The position numbers and the translations under genes were made by a program. DNA of 42,006 bases from an uncultured bacterium (GTDB lineage: Bacteria; Hydrothermota; Hydrothermia; Hydrothermales; Hydrothermaceae), in the NCBI GenBank assembly GCA_964623395.1, contig CAZUSI010000002.1:1-42006 (forward strand), written 5' to 3'. Positions 9,577 to 18,168 of this stretch are shown in pieces. Within the stretch, counting starts at the first letter, position 1. Each line of letters starts with the position of its first letter. Below the pieces are notes generated by a model. It did not search any database. It was given only the letters and a program-made list of their open reading frames with translations, and was not told where the DNA came from.

Positions 9577-10144
9577 AATTGGAAATTTTTTATTTAAAAG
9601 AAGGGGAATTATTATATTTTTTATTTTACTATTTTTTATATTTTTTTCAAAACCAAATTTTTTTAAAATTCTTATTTCAATCCCTTTTATAATTTTAGGT
9701 GAAAGCATAAGGATTTACTCTTTAATTTATTCAGGTAGTTTTACAAGAAAAAATGAATTAAATGCCCCTTCTCTTTCAAAAGAAGGACCTTATAGTTCTG
9801 TAAGAAATCCAATCTATTTGGGAAATTTGATAAATATGGTTGGAATAACTATTGCAATGAATTTAAATTTTATTTTATCCCTTACCCTATTCCTTTTAAT
9901 TTTTTTAATATATTTTTTAATAATCCTATCAGAAGAAAAATTTCTTGAGGGGAAATTTGGTGAAGAATATATTGATTATAAAAAGAATGTTCCAAGAATT
10001 TTACCAAACCCTTTTAAATTTAAAAAGGGAAGACCTTTAAATAAGTTTAAGAGAGTTTTAAGATTTGAAAGGGACACAATATTCTCAATTTTAATTTTTT
10101 ATATATTATTAATGATTTTAATTTTATGGAAAAGAAATTTTTAA
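9569..10144 (+). CDS. isoprenylcysteine carboxyl methyltransferase (ICMT/Ste14-like) family membrane methyltransferase
   Basis: 191 aa, multi-TM. Motifs VRNPIYLGNLINMVG and EEKFLEGKFGEEYIDYKKNVPRILP are typical of the ICMT/phospholipid methyltransferase family. The TTG start overlaps the upstream gene. Confidence 0.75.
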   Translation: MYKIGNFLFKRRGIIIFFILLFFIFFSKPNFFKILISIPFIILGESIRIYSLIYSGSFTRKNELNAPSLSKEGPYSSVRNPIYLGNLINMVGITIAMNLNFILSLTLFLLIFLIYFLIILSEEKFLEGKFGEEYIDYKKNVPRILPNPFKFKKGRPLNKFKRVLRFERDTIFSILIFYILLMILILWKRNF

Positions 10145-11187
10145 TAATTGCAGGAGAAGAATCAGGAGATAAGAATGCTTCAAAACTTATAAGTAAATTA
10201 AAGAAAATTGATAAGGATTTAAAAATATATGCATTTGCTGGTGAAAATTCAAAAAAAGAGGGTGCTTTTCTTTTGGAAAATATAGTAATTCATGGTGAAG
10301 TTGGATTTACTGAACTGTTTGATAAATTTCTATACTATTACAATTTAAGGAAAAGAATTTTAAAATTCATTGAAAAGGAAAATATAAAAAATGTAATTTT
10401 AGTTGATTTTCCAGGTTTTAATTTACATCTTTCAAAAATTTTAAAGGAAAAGGGTAAAAGAGTATTTTACTATATAGTTCCACAAATATGGGCATGGGGA
10501 GAATGGAGATTAAAATACTTGCATAAATATGTTGATTTTTCCTTATGTATTTTCCCTTTTGAGGAAAAATTTTTAAGGGGAAAAAAGGTGAAAGCCTTTT
10601 ATGTAGGACACCCCTTAATTGAAGAAATTAAAAATATTAAATATTTGCCCCAAAATTTAATTTCCTTTTTACCCGGTTCAAGAAAAAGCGAAATAAAATA
10701 CCTTCTTCCCGTATATATTAAAATTGCAGAAAAATTAAAAAAAGAATTTAAAGATTACTCCTTTAAAATTTCCCTTTTAAGAGAAATAGATTTTAAAATT
10801 GAAGATTTTGAAATTTATAAAGGAGATGCAAAGGAAATATTGAAAATTTCAAAAGGTGCTTTTATTGCATCAGGAACTGCAACTTTGGAGGCTGCCCTTT
10901 TAGGAGTTCCCTTTTTAATATTTTATAAACTTTCAAATATTACTTATTTTCTTGCAAAAATTTTTGTAAAAGTTGAATATGCTGGGATTGTTAATATAAT
11001 TTTGAATAAAAAGGAGATAAATGAGTATATTCAAAGAATAAATATAGAAAGGGTGATTAAAGATTTTAAAAAAATTGTTGAAGAGAGAGAAAAATTTGAA
11101 AAAATTAGGGAAAAACTTTTTGAAATTTTTGAAAATAAAAAAATTTATAGACCTGAAGAAATAATAATTGAAAATTCAATCCCTTAA
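10126..11187 (+). CDS. lpxB: lipid-A-disaccharide synthase
   Basis: 353 aa with motifs IIAGEESGDKNASKLI, PGSRKSEIKYLLP and SGTATLEAALLGVP. Confidence 0.9.
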   Translation: MEKKFLIIAGEESGDKNASKLISKLKKIDKDLKIYAFAGENSKKEGAFLLENIVIHGEVGFTELFDKFLYYYNLRKRILKFIEKENIKNVILVDFPGFNLHLSKILKEKGKRVFYYIVPQIWAWGEWRLKYLHKYVDFSLCIFPFEEKFLRGKKVKAFYVGHPLIEEIKNIKYLPQNLISFLPGSRKSEIKYLLPVYIKIAEKLKKEFKDYSFKISLLREIDFKIEDFEIYKGDAKEILKISKGAFIASGTATLEAALLGVPFLIFYKLSNITYFLAKIFVKVEYAGIVNIILNKKEINEYIQRINIERVIKDFKKIVEEREKFEKIREKLFEIFENKKIYRPEEIIIENSIP

Positions 11188-12198
11188 AATTTTATTATAA
11201 ACTTTTAAATTTTCTTCTGCCATTTTTAAAGCAGTGAAATTCAAGGAAAATTTATAGGCATTTTCTATTAATTTTTTTCTTAAATTTTCATCATTTCTTA
11301 TCTTTATAAGTGCTTCCTTTAATTTTAAGGGATTTTCCTTTTCTATCAAAATTCCTGTTTCCATATTTTTAACAATTTCCTTTATTCCTCCAGTATCTGT
11401 TGCAATTACGGGAACTTTTCTGAAAAATGCTTCAATTATTGAAGAACAAAGACCTTCATCGGAACGAGATGTAATAACAAAAACTGAAAAATATTTAATA
11501 TAATCTACTGCATCCTTTAAAAATCCTGTTAAAAAAACATTTTCCTCAATTTTTAATTCCTTTATAATTTTTAAAATTTTTTCTTTTTCTTTTCCTTCCC
11601 CAATTATAACAAGATAAGAATCTTTAAACTCCTTTAAAAATTCATAAAATCCTTTTAAAAGTGTTATATGGTCCTTATAGGGAAGTAAATGTGCTACATT
11701 TCCAACTATAAATTTATTTTCCTTATAAAAATAAGGTTTTTCAATTTCTTTTTCTTCAACTTCAATTCCACTATAAATTAAAAATTTTCTATCTTCTCTA
11801 TAATCCTTAAAAATCCTTCTTATTTCTTCTGAAATGCAAATTATTCCATCAATTAAAAATTTCCTTAAGAAAAAAAATTTTATTTTTCTTGTTATTCTTC
11901 TTGTAAAAACAACCTTTATATTTGGTTTTAAAATTTTTAAAATATGAGAAATAAAAAGTGCCTTTCCTGAATGAACATGTAAAATAATCTTTTCTTTACC
12001 TATAAATTTCAAAATTTTTTTCAAATTTAACTCAATAACCTCATATTTTTCTTCCTTTAATTTTTTAAAAAGGGATGAATCAGGTGGACATGCTACAATA
12101 CTTTTTATCCCCTTTTTTAAAAGATATTTATTTAAAAGATATATTTGGTTTTGTCCACCACCAAAATATTTTTCTCCATCAAGATGAATTATCTTCAT
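11176..12198 (-). CDS. glycosyltransferase family 4 (GT-B)
   Basis: 340 aa. C-terminal GT1/GT4 motif EGLCSSIIEAFFRKVPVIATDTGGIKEIV. Its 3' end overlaps the lpxB 3' end by 12 nt (convergent). Confidence 0.85.
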   Translation of the reverse strand: MKIIHLDGEKYFGGGQNQIYLLNKYLLKKGIKSIVACPPDSSLFKKLKEEKYEVIELNLKKILKFIGKEKIILHVHSGKALFISHILKILKPNIKVVFTRRITRKIKFFFLRKFLIDGIICISEEIRRIFKDYREDRKFLIYSGIEVEEKEIEKPYFYKENKFIVGNVAHLLPYKDHITLLKGFYEFLKEFKDSYLVIIGEGKEKEKILKIIKELKIEENVFLTGFLKDAVDYIKYFSVFVITSRSDEGLCSSIIEAFFRKVPVIATDTGGIKEIVKNMETGILIEKENPLKLKEALIKIRNDENLRKKLIENAYKFSLNFTALKMAEENLKVYNKILRD

Positions 12199-13322
12199 TT
12201 TAAAATTTTCAATAAAAAATTTTCATAATTTTTTATAAGTTTTTTAACATCAAATTCTTTAATAGTTCTTTCAAAGGCTTTTTCCTTCATTTCTTTATAT
12301 TTTAAAGGATTTTCAAAATAATCTTTTATAATCTCAGAAATTTCAAAATAATTTTCGGGTTCCTTAACAAGAACCCCTGTTTCCCCATCTATTATTGCTT
12401 CAGGTATTCCACCTGTTTTTGCCCCTATTAAAAATTTTTTAAAAAATGATGCTTCAAGAAATACTATTCCAAATCCTTCAAAGGAACTTTCCTCTTCTAA
12501 AAAGCGAGAAGGCATTATAAATATATCACAAATTTTGTAATACTTGAATTTCTCTTCACCAAGTTCTCCCAAAAAATAAACATTTTTAGATAAATTTAAA
12601 TCTTTTACCAATTTTTTCAAATTTTCTTCTTCTTCCCCTTTACCGATTATATAATATTTAAAATCGTATTTTTCCTTTAAAAAATTTAAACCCCTTAAAA
12701 CATTATCAACATTTTTCCTTTTAACAAGATTTGCAACAGTTAAAATTATAAATTCTTTTCCTTTTTTCTCTTCAAATTTATTCTTTATACTTTCAAAATA
12801 AGAAATATCAATTCCAGGATAAAGTACATAACTTCTTTTTAATTTATTATCTTTTTTTATAATTTCCAAAACATACTTATTTGCACATGTTATAAGGTCT
12901 GTTTTTCTAATTGCATAATATATAATTTTTCTTTTTAAAAAGGATTTTTTCCTTATTTCATAATAATCAAGTCCATGAAAATAGATTATTATTTTTTTAT
13001 TAAAAATTTTAAAAATTTGAAAAAAATAAATTACTGGTCTTATTTTACCTATATGAATAAAATTTGGATTTTCTATTATTAAATTAAAAAATATTTGAAA
13101 AAACCATATTAATGTAAAAAATATATTTTTTTCTTCTCCTTTTTTAAAGGGTGCAATTATATATTTTGTATTTTCAATAAAAGGTGGATTTTCATAATCT
13201 TTTGGTAAAAAGACAAATTTTTTACCTTTTAAAAATTTTACAAGATTGTAATAATAAGTGCTCATCCCCCCTTTTTGAGGAGGAAAATCTCTAAATATAA
13301 AAAAATGCTTTATATTTTGCAT
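12195..13322 (-). CDS. glycosyltransferase family 4 (GT-B)
   Basis: 375 aa with motif EGFGIVFLEASFFKKFLIGAKTGGIPEAIIDGETG. 4-nt overlap with the downstream GT. Confidence 0.85.
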   Translation of the reverse strand: MQNIKHFFIFRDFPPQKGGMSTYYYNLVKFLKGKKFVFLPKDYENPPFIENTKYIIAPFKKGEEKNIFFTLIWFFQIFFNLIIENPNFIHIGKIRPVIYFFQIFKIFNKKIIIYFHGLDYYEIRKKSFLKRKIIYYAIRKTDLITCANKYVLEIIKKDNKLKRSYVLYPGIDISYFESIKNKFEEKKGKEFIILTVANLVKRKNVDNVLRGLNFLKEKYDFKYYIIGKGEEEENLKKLVKDLNLSKNVYFLGELGEEKFKYYKICDIFIMPSRFLEEESSFEGFGIVFLEASFFKKFLIGAKTGGIPEAIIDGETGVLVKEPENYFEISEIIKDYFENPLKYKEMKEKAFERTIKEFDVKKLIKNYENFLLKILK

Positions 13323-14293
13323 ATTTCAAAAATTTTTTCAATTCTTTTTTTATAGGTATGTTCCCTTAAAGTTCTTTCCATTCCTTTCTTTGCTATTTTT
13401 TTCCTTTCCTCTTCATTTTTCATATAATAATCTATTTTCTTAAAAAGTTCATCTAAATTTTTAAAAACTTCTATTTCTTTTCCAATTTCAAAAAAATCCT
13501 CAATCCCTTTAATGTAATGTGAAATTAAAAAACCACCACATCCTGTTATCATAAAAACTTTTTGGCTTATTGCTCCAATTTCTTCAATAGAGGTATTGCT
13601 TCCTATATCAACTATGATTTTACTTCCTATGCATACCTTTTTAAAATCTTCAAAATATACCCTTTCACCAGAGTGGAATTTATTTAAAATTCCATAAAAA
13701 CTTTCCTCCTTTTTTATTTTCTGCCCAAAAAATTTTATCTTATACTTATCTTTAAAAAATTCACAAATCTTTGAAAGAATTTCCCTTCTTTTAGAATAAA
13801 TTTCTCCATTTAAAGAACCGATAAATCCTATATCACATTTAAATTTTTCAGGAATTTCCTTTATATCATATTCAAAAAATCTTGCCCCCTGAACCATATA
13901 ATATATATTTTCTTTTCTTAAGATTTCTTTTAAATCATTTATTCTTGATTTTACTATTAAAAATATTTTTTCATGATGGTTAAAAATTTCTCTCAAATTT
14001 TCATTGAATTTATTATTTAAAAATAAATCAGTATCAGGATACCATAAAATTCTATTTTTAAATTCATAATTTATCTTTTTAAAATCAATTTTACCAATCC
14101 CTTTAAAAGTAAAGAGAATTTCTGGTTTTTTCTCTTTTAAAATCTTTCTCATTTTTAAATTTGAAAAAAATCCCTTAATATTCAAAGGATAAACTTCAAA
14201 TCCCATTTCCTTTAAATTTTTTATAATCTCAAATCCCGTATTCCTTTTTTTTCTTAAATCAGATAGAAAAAGAACCTTCATTTTTAAAGGCAA
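13310..14293 (-). CDS. CgeB-like / Glyco_trans_1_2-type glycosyltransferase family protein
   Basis: 327 aa. The C-terminal segment (ERKKIAKKGMERTLREHTYKKRIEKI) resembles the CgeB family. The track start at 14293 is TTG; an in-frame ATG at 14281 (MKVLFLSDL) is an equally plausible start. Confidence 0.6.
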   Translation of the reverse strand: MPLKMKVLFLSDLRKKRNTGFEIIKNLKEMGFEVYPLNIKGFFSNLKMRKILKEKKPEILFTFKGIGKIDFKKINYEFKNRILWYPDTDLFLNNKFNENLREIFNHHEKIFLIVKSRINDLKEILRKENIYYMVQGARFFEYDIKEIPEKFKCDIGFIGSLNGEIYSKRREILSKICEFFKDKYKIKFFGQKIKKEESFYGILNKFHSGERVYFEDFKKVCIGSKIIVDIGSNTSIEEIGAISQKVFMITGCGGFLISHYIKGIEDFFEIGKEIEVFKNLDELFKKIDYYMKNEEERKKIAKKGMERTLREHTYKKRIEKIFEICKI

Positions 14294-15452
14294 ATAAAAT
14301 TCCAGAAAAATAAAGAAGTTGCATCATAAGCCTTTTATTCCAAAAGGTATCATTTAAAAAACCAATAAATAAAATTATTATTAAAGAAAGTAAAAATAAA
14401 CTTATTCCAAATGTATAAAATTCTGTATTTCTTAAAAATTTTATTCTTTTATAAATTTCAAGAAAATAAATAATAAGAAGATAAATATAAATTATTAAAC
14501 CAATTATTCCAAAACTAACAAGAATTTCAATAAAGGAGTTATGCATGTTGTTAAGATTTGCCCACATCTTTAATTCTTTTTCTATAAATTTTTTTGAATT
14601 TCCAAGCCCAACTCCAAAAAACTTATATTTTGTTTTCAAAACATTTAATCCCTTTTTCCAATGAATAATCCTTTCCTTAAATTCTTTCACTTCATAAATA
14701 TAAATTCCAAATTTTTTATTTTTTAAAAAAATTGGTTCTATTCTTTTATAAAAAACAGGGATTTTTAAAAAAGAAATAATTAATATTAAAAAAATTAGGA
14801 GTGTAGAGATTAAAAAGATCTTTTTTCTTAAAATTATCAAATAAATAAAAAAGAAAAGAATTGTAAAAAATATTTGTGCTCTTGAACCTGTTAAAATTAG
14901 TGAAAAAAATGTTAATAGAGAAAGTAAAAAGATAAAAATTTTTAGAATTTTTTTCTTTGTAAATGTTAGATAAGAAATTTCAATAAAAAAAGCTATTGTA
15001 AGGAAATCTGCGTAAAATTGATAATGTCCCCATAATGCTTTAACCCTTTCAAGGGGATTTAAATATTTAAATTTTTCAAATATTGAATAAGATATGTTTA
15101 TGAAAACACCAAACAAAAATGTTAATATTATAAATTCAAAAATTTTTTTGTCCTCTGGAAAAGTATTCATCACTATTATCATTCCAAGAAATCCTTTAAA
15201 TATAGTTATTTCCCTTAAAGAAATTTTTTTATTGTATCCAAAAAAGGACGATATTAAAAAAATAAAAAGAAAGAGAATTATAGGAATATAAAGGGGGCTT
15301 TTAGATAACTTTTTCTCCAATAAAAGATAAATTATAAAAATTAATGTAAGAAGTGTTAAAATAAAATTTGAAATATTGTAAGAAATTGTTAAGAAAAAGG
15401 AATAAAGAAAAAAAAGAGAACAAAAAAGATATTTAAGTATTCGATTTTTCAT
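14259..15452 (-). CDS. O-antigen ligase (WaaL/Wzy_C) family membrane protein
   Basis: 397 aa, polytopic. Wzy_C-like segment TGSRAQIFFTILFFFIY followed by a periplasmic-loop-like region. First gene of the minus-strand glycosylation operon. Confidence 0.75.
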   Translation of the reverse strand: MKNRILKYLFCSLFFLYSFFLTISYNISNFILTLLTLIFIIYLLLEKKLSKSPLYIPIILFLFIFLISSFFGYNKKISLREITIFKGFLGMIIVMNTFPEDKKIFEFIILTFLFGVFINISYSIFEKFKYLNPLERVKALWGHYQFYADFLTIAFFIEISYLTFTKKKILKIFIFLLSLLTFFSLILTGSRAQIFFTILFFFIYLIILRKKIFLISTLLIFLILIISFLKIPVFYKRIEPIFLKNKKFGIYIYEVKEFKERIIHWKKGLNVLKTKYKFFGVGLGNSKKFIEKELKMWANLNNMHNSFIEILVSFGIIGLIIYIYLLIIYFLEIYKRIKFLRNTEFYTFGISLFLLSLIIILFIGFLNDTFWNKRLMMQLLYFSGILFAFKNEGSFSI

Positions 15453-15460
15453 TTTTATAA

Positions 15461-15490
15461 ATTATATTAATAATGAATCAAAAGAGTCAA
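15461..15490 (-). promoter_or_regulatory. putative sigma70-type promoter of the O-antigen-ligase/GT operon (near-leaderless)
   Basis: Read on the minus strand: TTGACT (15490-15485), 18-nt spacer, TATAAT (15466-15461), then 8 nt to the ATG at 15452. No SD is present. Confidence 0.55.
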
Positions 15491-15514
15491 ATTCTTTATA
15501 TTTAAAAACTTAAT

Positions 15515-16681
15515 ATGAAAAAAGAAATTTTTGTTCTTTCATTTGTAAGAATGCTTACTGCTGCTGGATATGTAATTTCAATTCCCTTTTTAAACATTTT
15601 TCTTTATAATGAGAAAGGGGTTCCTATGAAGATAATTGGTTTTTATATTACTCTTGCTTCCTTAATAGGTGCCTTTTCAAGAATATATTCTGGAAAATTA
15701 ATCCATAAATTTTCATCAATTTTGATAATGAACATTGGTCTTATTTCTCGCCTTTTTGCCTTTTTAATTTTTTTCCTTCTTGTCCTTTTCAATTCTCCTG
15801 TTTATCTTTTCTTTTTTGCCTTTGTATTAAATTCTATTGGTTTCTCCTTCTATGGAACAGCTTCTGATACATATGTAGGAGAAAAAATAATGGAAAAGGA
15901 GAGGCCAAAGGCATATGGAATAATAAGAATTGGAGCGAATATTGGATGGGGTTTAGGTCCTGTTTTTGGTGGATTTTTATCAAACATTTCTTATCCGCTT
16001 CTTTTTTTAATAGGAACTCTTCTTTCACTAATCAGTTTTTTAATAAATTTTTCTTTTATAAAAGATAGGGAATTAAAAATTCCTTCTAATAAAGACAATT
16101 ATTTTTTTGGGGAAATATTAAATGATAAGAATTTTTTAAAATTTCTAATTGGTTCTTTTTTAATTTATCTTGTCGTTGGACAACTTGTTTCCTCATTACC
16201 TGTTTTTGCAAGATATAAAGGACTCAATAATTTAAAGGTTGGCTATCTTTTTAGTGTAAATGGTTTAATGGTTGTTTTTCTTCAATATTTCATAAGTTAT
16301 TTTATTACAAAGATTAAAAATAAATTTGGAATTGTTTTGGGAAGTTTCCTTTATTTTATTGGTTATCTTTCATTTTCTTGGGCAAATTCTTTAAATTCTT
16401 TTATCATAGGTGTTATAATTTTTACACTTGGTGAGATGATAACTTTGCCTTTAATTACAACAATAACTACAATAATTGCTCCTCCTGAGAAAAAGGGAAT
16501 ATATATTGGAATACTTGGTTTTGCTGAAGGAATTGGATGGGCAACTGCTCCACTTATAGGTGGCTTTTTAATTGATATGTTTATTAAAAAACCTTTATTA
16601 TTATGGATTGCAACTTCTTCTTTTGCCTTTTTTAGTATTTTGTTTTATTTAAGAGTAAAGGGAATGGATGGAAAGGATTAA
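15515..16681 (+). CDS. MFS transporter
   Basis: 388 aa with about 12 predicted TM segments in two halves separated by a charged loop (KDRELKIPSNKDNYF). Typical MFS architecture. Confidence 0.8.
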   Translation: MKKEIFVLSFVRMLTAAGYVISIPFLNIFLYNEKGVPMKIIGFYITLASLIGAFSRIYSGKLIHKFSSILIMNIGLISRLFAFLIFFLLVLFNSPVYLFFFAFVLNSIGFSFYGTASDTYVGEKIMEKERPKAYGIIRIGANIGWGLGPVFGGFLSNISYPLLFLIGTLLSLISFLINFSFIKDRELKIPSNKDNYFFGEILNDKNFLKFLIGSFLIYLVVGQLVSSLPVFARYKGLNNLKVGYLFSVNGLMVVFLQYFISYFITKIKNKFGIVLGSFLYFIGYLSFSWANSLNSFIIGVIIFTLGEMITLPLITTITTIIAPPEKKGIYIGILGFAEGIGWATAPLIGGFLIDMFIKKPLLLWIATSSFAFFSILFYLRVKGMDGKD

Positions 16682-17609
16682 AAAACTTATAAAAATCACA
16701 ATTTTATTTTATGCAATTGGTGGTCTTTTAGTTTTAATTTTTACTTTTAGAAGGGATACCTTTCAAATTCTTTCTTCAATAAATATTTATTTCCTTTTTT
16801 TAATTATAATTTTTTGGATATCAAGTATATTTTTTGATATTTTAAAATTACATATTCTTTTAAAAAAACTTACAAATTATGCTGAATCCTTATATTTTAC
16901 TTTAAAAATCCACTTAATTGGTCTTTTCTTTAATGCAATAACACCTTTCCAAACAGGTGGTTTTCCCTTTCAAATACATATTTTAACAAAGAGGAATGTG
17001 AGTGTCCCAGATGCAATGGTTTCTTTTATGATAAAAGGCCTTTCAAATTTTTTACTTGCCTTTATGTTAGTCCCTTTTGCAATTTTTGTTTTTAGAAAAA
17101 ACATATTTATACTTCCAATCGTTATAATATTATTTCTCCTTTTAATCTTTTTCCTTCTTATCTTCTTTTTACCCCATGATTTTATAATTATTAAAAAAAT
17201 TGAAAAAAAATTTAAAATATTTGAAAAATTAACCCATAATTTTGCCCTATTTAAATCCACATGGAAATCTTTTATTAAAATGGGAAAACTCATGTTTTCT
17301 GTCTTTATACTTTCAATATTATCCTTTTTATTTCACATTTTAATGACCCCTTCAATCTTTTATGGTCTTGGTGTTAAAGTTAATCCAATTCAGGCAATGT
17401 TTTTACATACCCTATCTCTTGTAATATTTGTTGCAATGCCAACTCCAGGTGGCTCAGGGATAACAGAAGCAGGTGGTGCACTTCTTTTTGCTACAATTGC
17501 TCCAAAATATATTGTTGGTGTATTTGTTATAATATGGAGATTTTTTACCTATTATCTTGGTTCAATTTTAGGTGGAATTATTTATTTAAAGGAAAATACC
17601 TTCAAATAA
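16668..17609 (+). CDS. flippase-like domain protein (UPF0104 / lysylphosphatidylglycerol synthase TM region family)
   Basis: 313 aa, polytopic. Family-typical motif PTPGGSGITEAGGALLF. 14-nt overlap with the MFS gene. Confidence 0.75.
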   Translation: MERIKKLIKITILFYAIGGLLVLIFTFRRDTFQILSSINIYFLFLIIIFWISSIFFDILKLHILLKKLTNYAESLYFTLKIHLIGLFFNAITPFQTGGFPFQIHILTKRNVSVPDAMVSFMIKGLSNFLLAFMLVPFAIFVFRKNIFILPIVIILFLLLIFFLLIFFLPHDFIIIKKIEKKFKIFEKLTHNFALFKSTWKSFIKMGKLMFSVFILSILSFLFHILMTPSIFYGLGVKVNPIQAMFLHTLSLVIFVAMPTPGGSGITEAGGALLFATIAPKYIVGVFVIIWRFFTYYLGSILGGIIYLKENTFK

Positions 17610-17610
17610 T

Positions 17611-18168
17611 ATGGGAAATATATTATCTTTTTTTATTGGATATTTTTCAGGTTCTTTCCCATCCGCTTATGTTTTAGGAAAAATTTTCAAAAATTTTGAT
17701 ATGACTCAGGTTGGAAATGGAAGAATAGGGGCTTCTTTTTCATTTAAATATTTGGGTAAAACTATTGGCATTGTTGTTGGAATTTTGGATTTCATCAAGG
17801 GTTTTTTACCCTTACTTATCCTTTCAAAAATTGGATTTGAAAAACTCTCCCTTTTATTTTGTGCAATAGGATTAATGTTAGGACACAATTGGAGCATATT
17901 CATTGGATTTAAAGGTGGGCTCGGTGCAATGATTATGTATAGTATATTTTTATATTTTTATCCTTTTGAATTAATACTATTTCTTTTCTTTGGTAGCATT
18001 TTTTATATTTTAACAAAAAATACTTATTATTCCACATTTTTTATAATATCAGGTATTTCTTTCTTATCTATTTTTACAAAAAAAGATTTTTATTTTTTTA
18101 TTTTGCCCTTAATTCTTTTTTCAATAATGAGTTTTAAAAAAAGGAAAATAAAAGAATTGAATGCCTAA
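17611..18168 (+). CDS. plsY: PlsY-like (glycerol-3-phosphate acyltransferase family) membrane protein, divergent
   Basis: 185 aa. PlsY-like segments are GSFPSAYVLGKIF, GNGRIGASF (canonical SGN-GATN) and GHNWSIFIGFKGGLGAMI (canonical GH..P.F..FKGGKGVAT). Starts 2 nt after the upstream stop. Confidence 0.6.
   Translation: MGNILSFFIGYFSGSFPSAYVLGKIFKNFDMTQVGNGRIGASFSFKYLGKTIGIVVGILDFIKGFLPLLILSKIGFEKLSLLFCAIGLMLGHNWSIFIGFKGGLGAMIMYSIFLYFYPFELILFLFFGSIFYILTKNTYYSTFFIISGISFLSIFTKKDFYFFILPLILFSIMSFKKRKIKELNA

Noticed and set aside
15491-15514. A promoter for the MFS operon, with TATATT at 15497-15502.
   Set aside because: The -10-like hexamer has no acceptable -35 at 17-18 nt (TGAATC or ATGAAT), and the distance to the ATG (12 nt) does not fit the pattern seen elsewhere. 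This is too weak to list as a feature.
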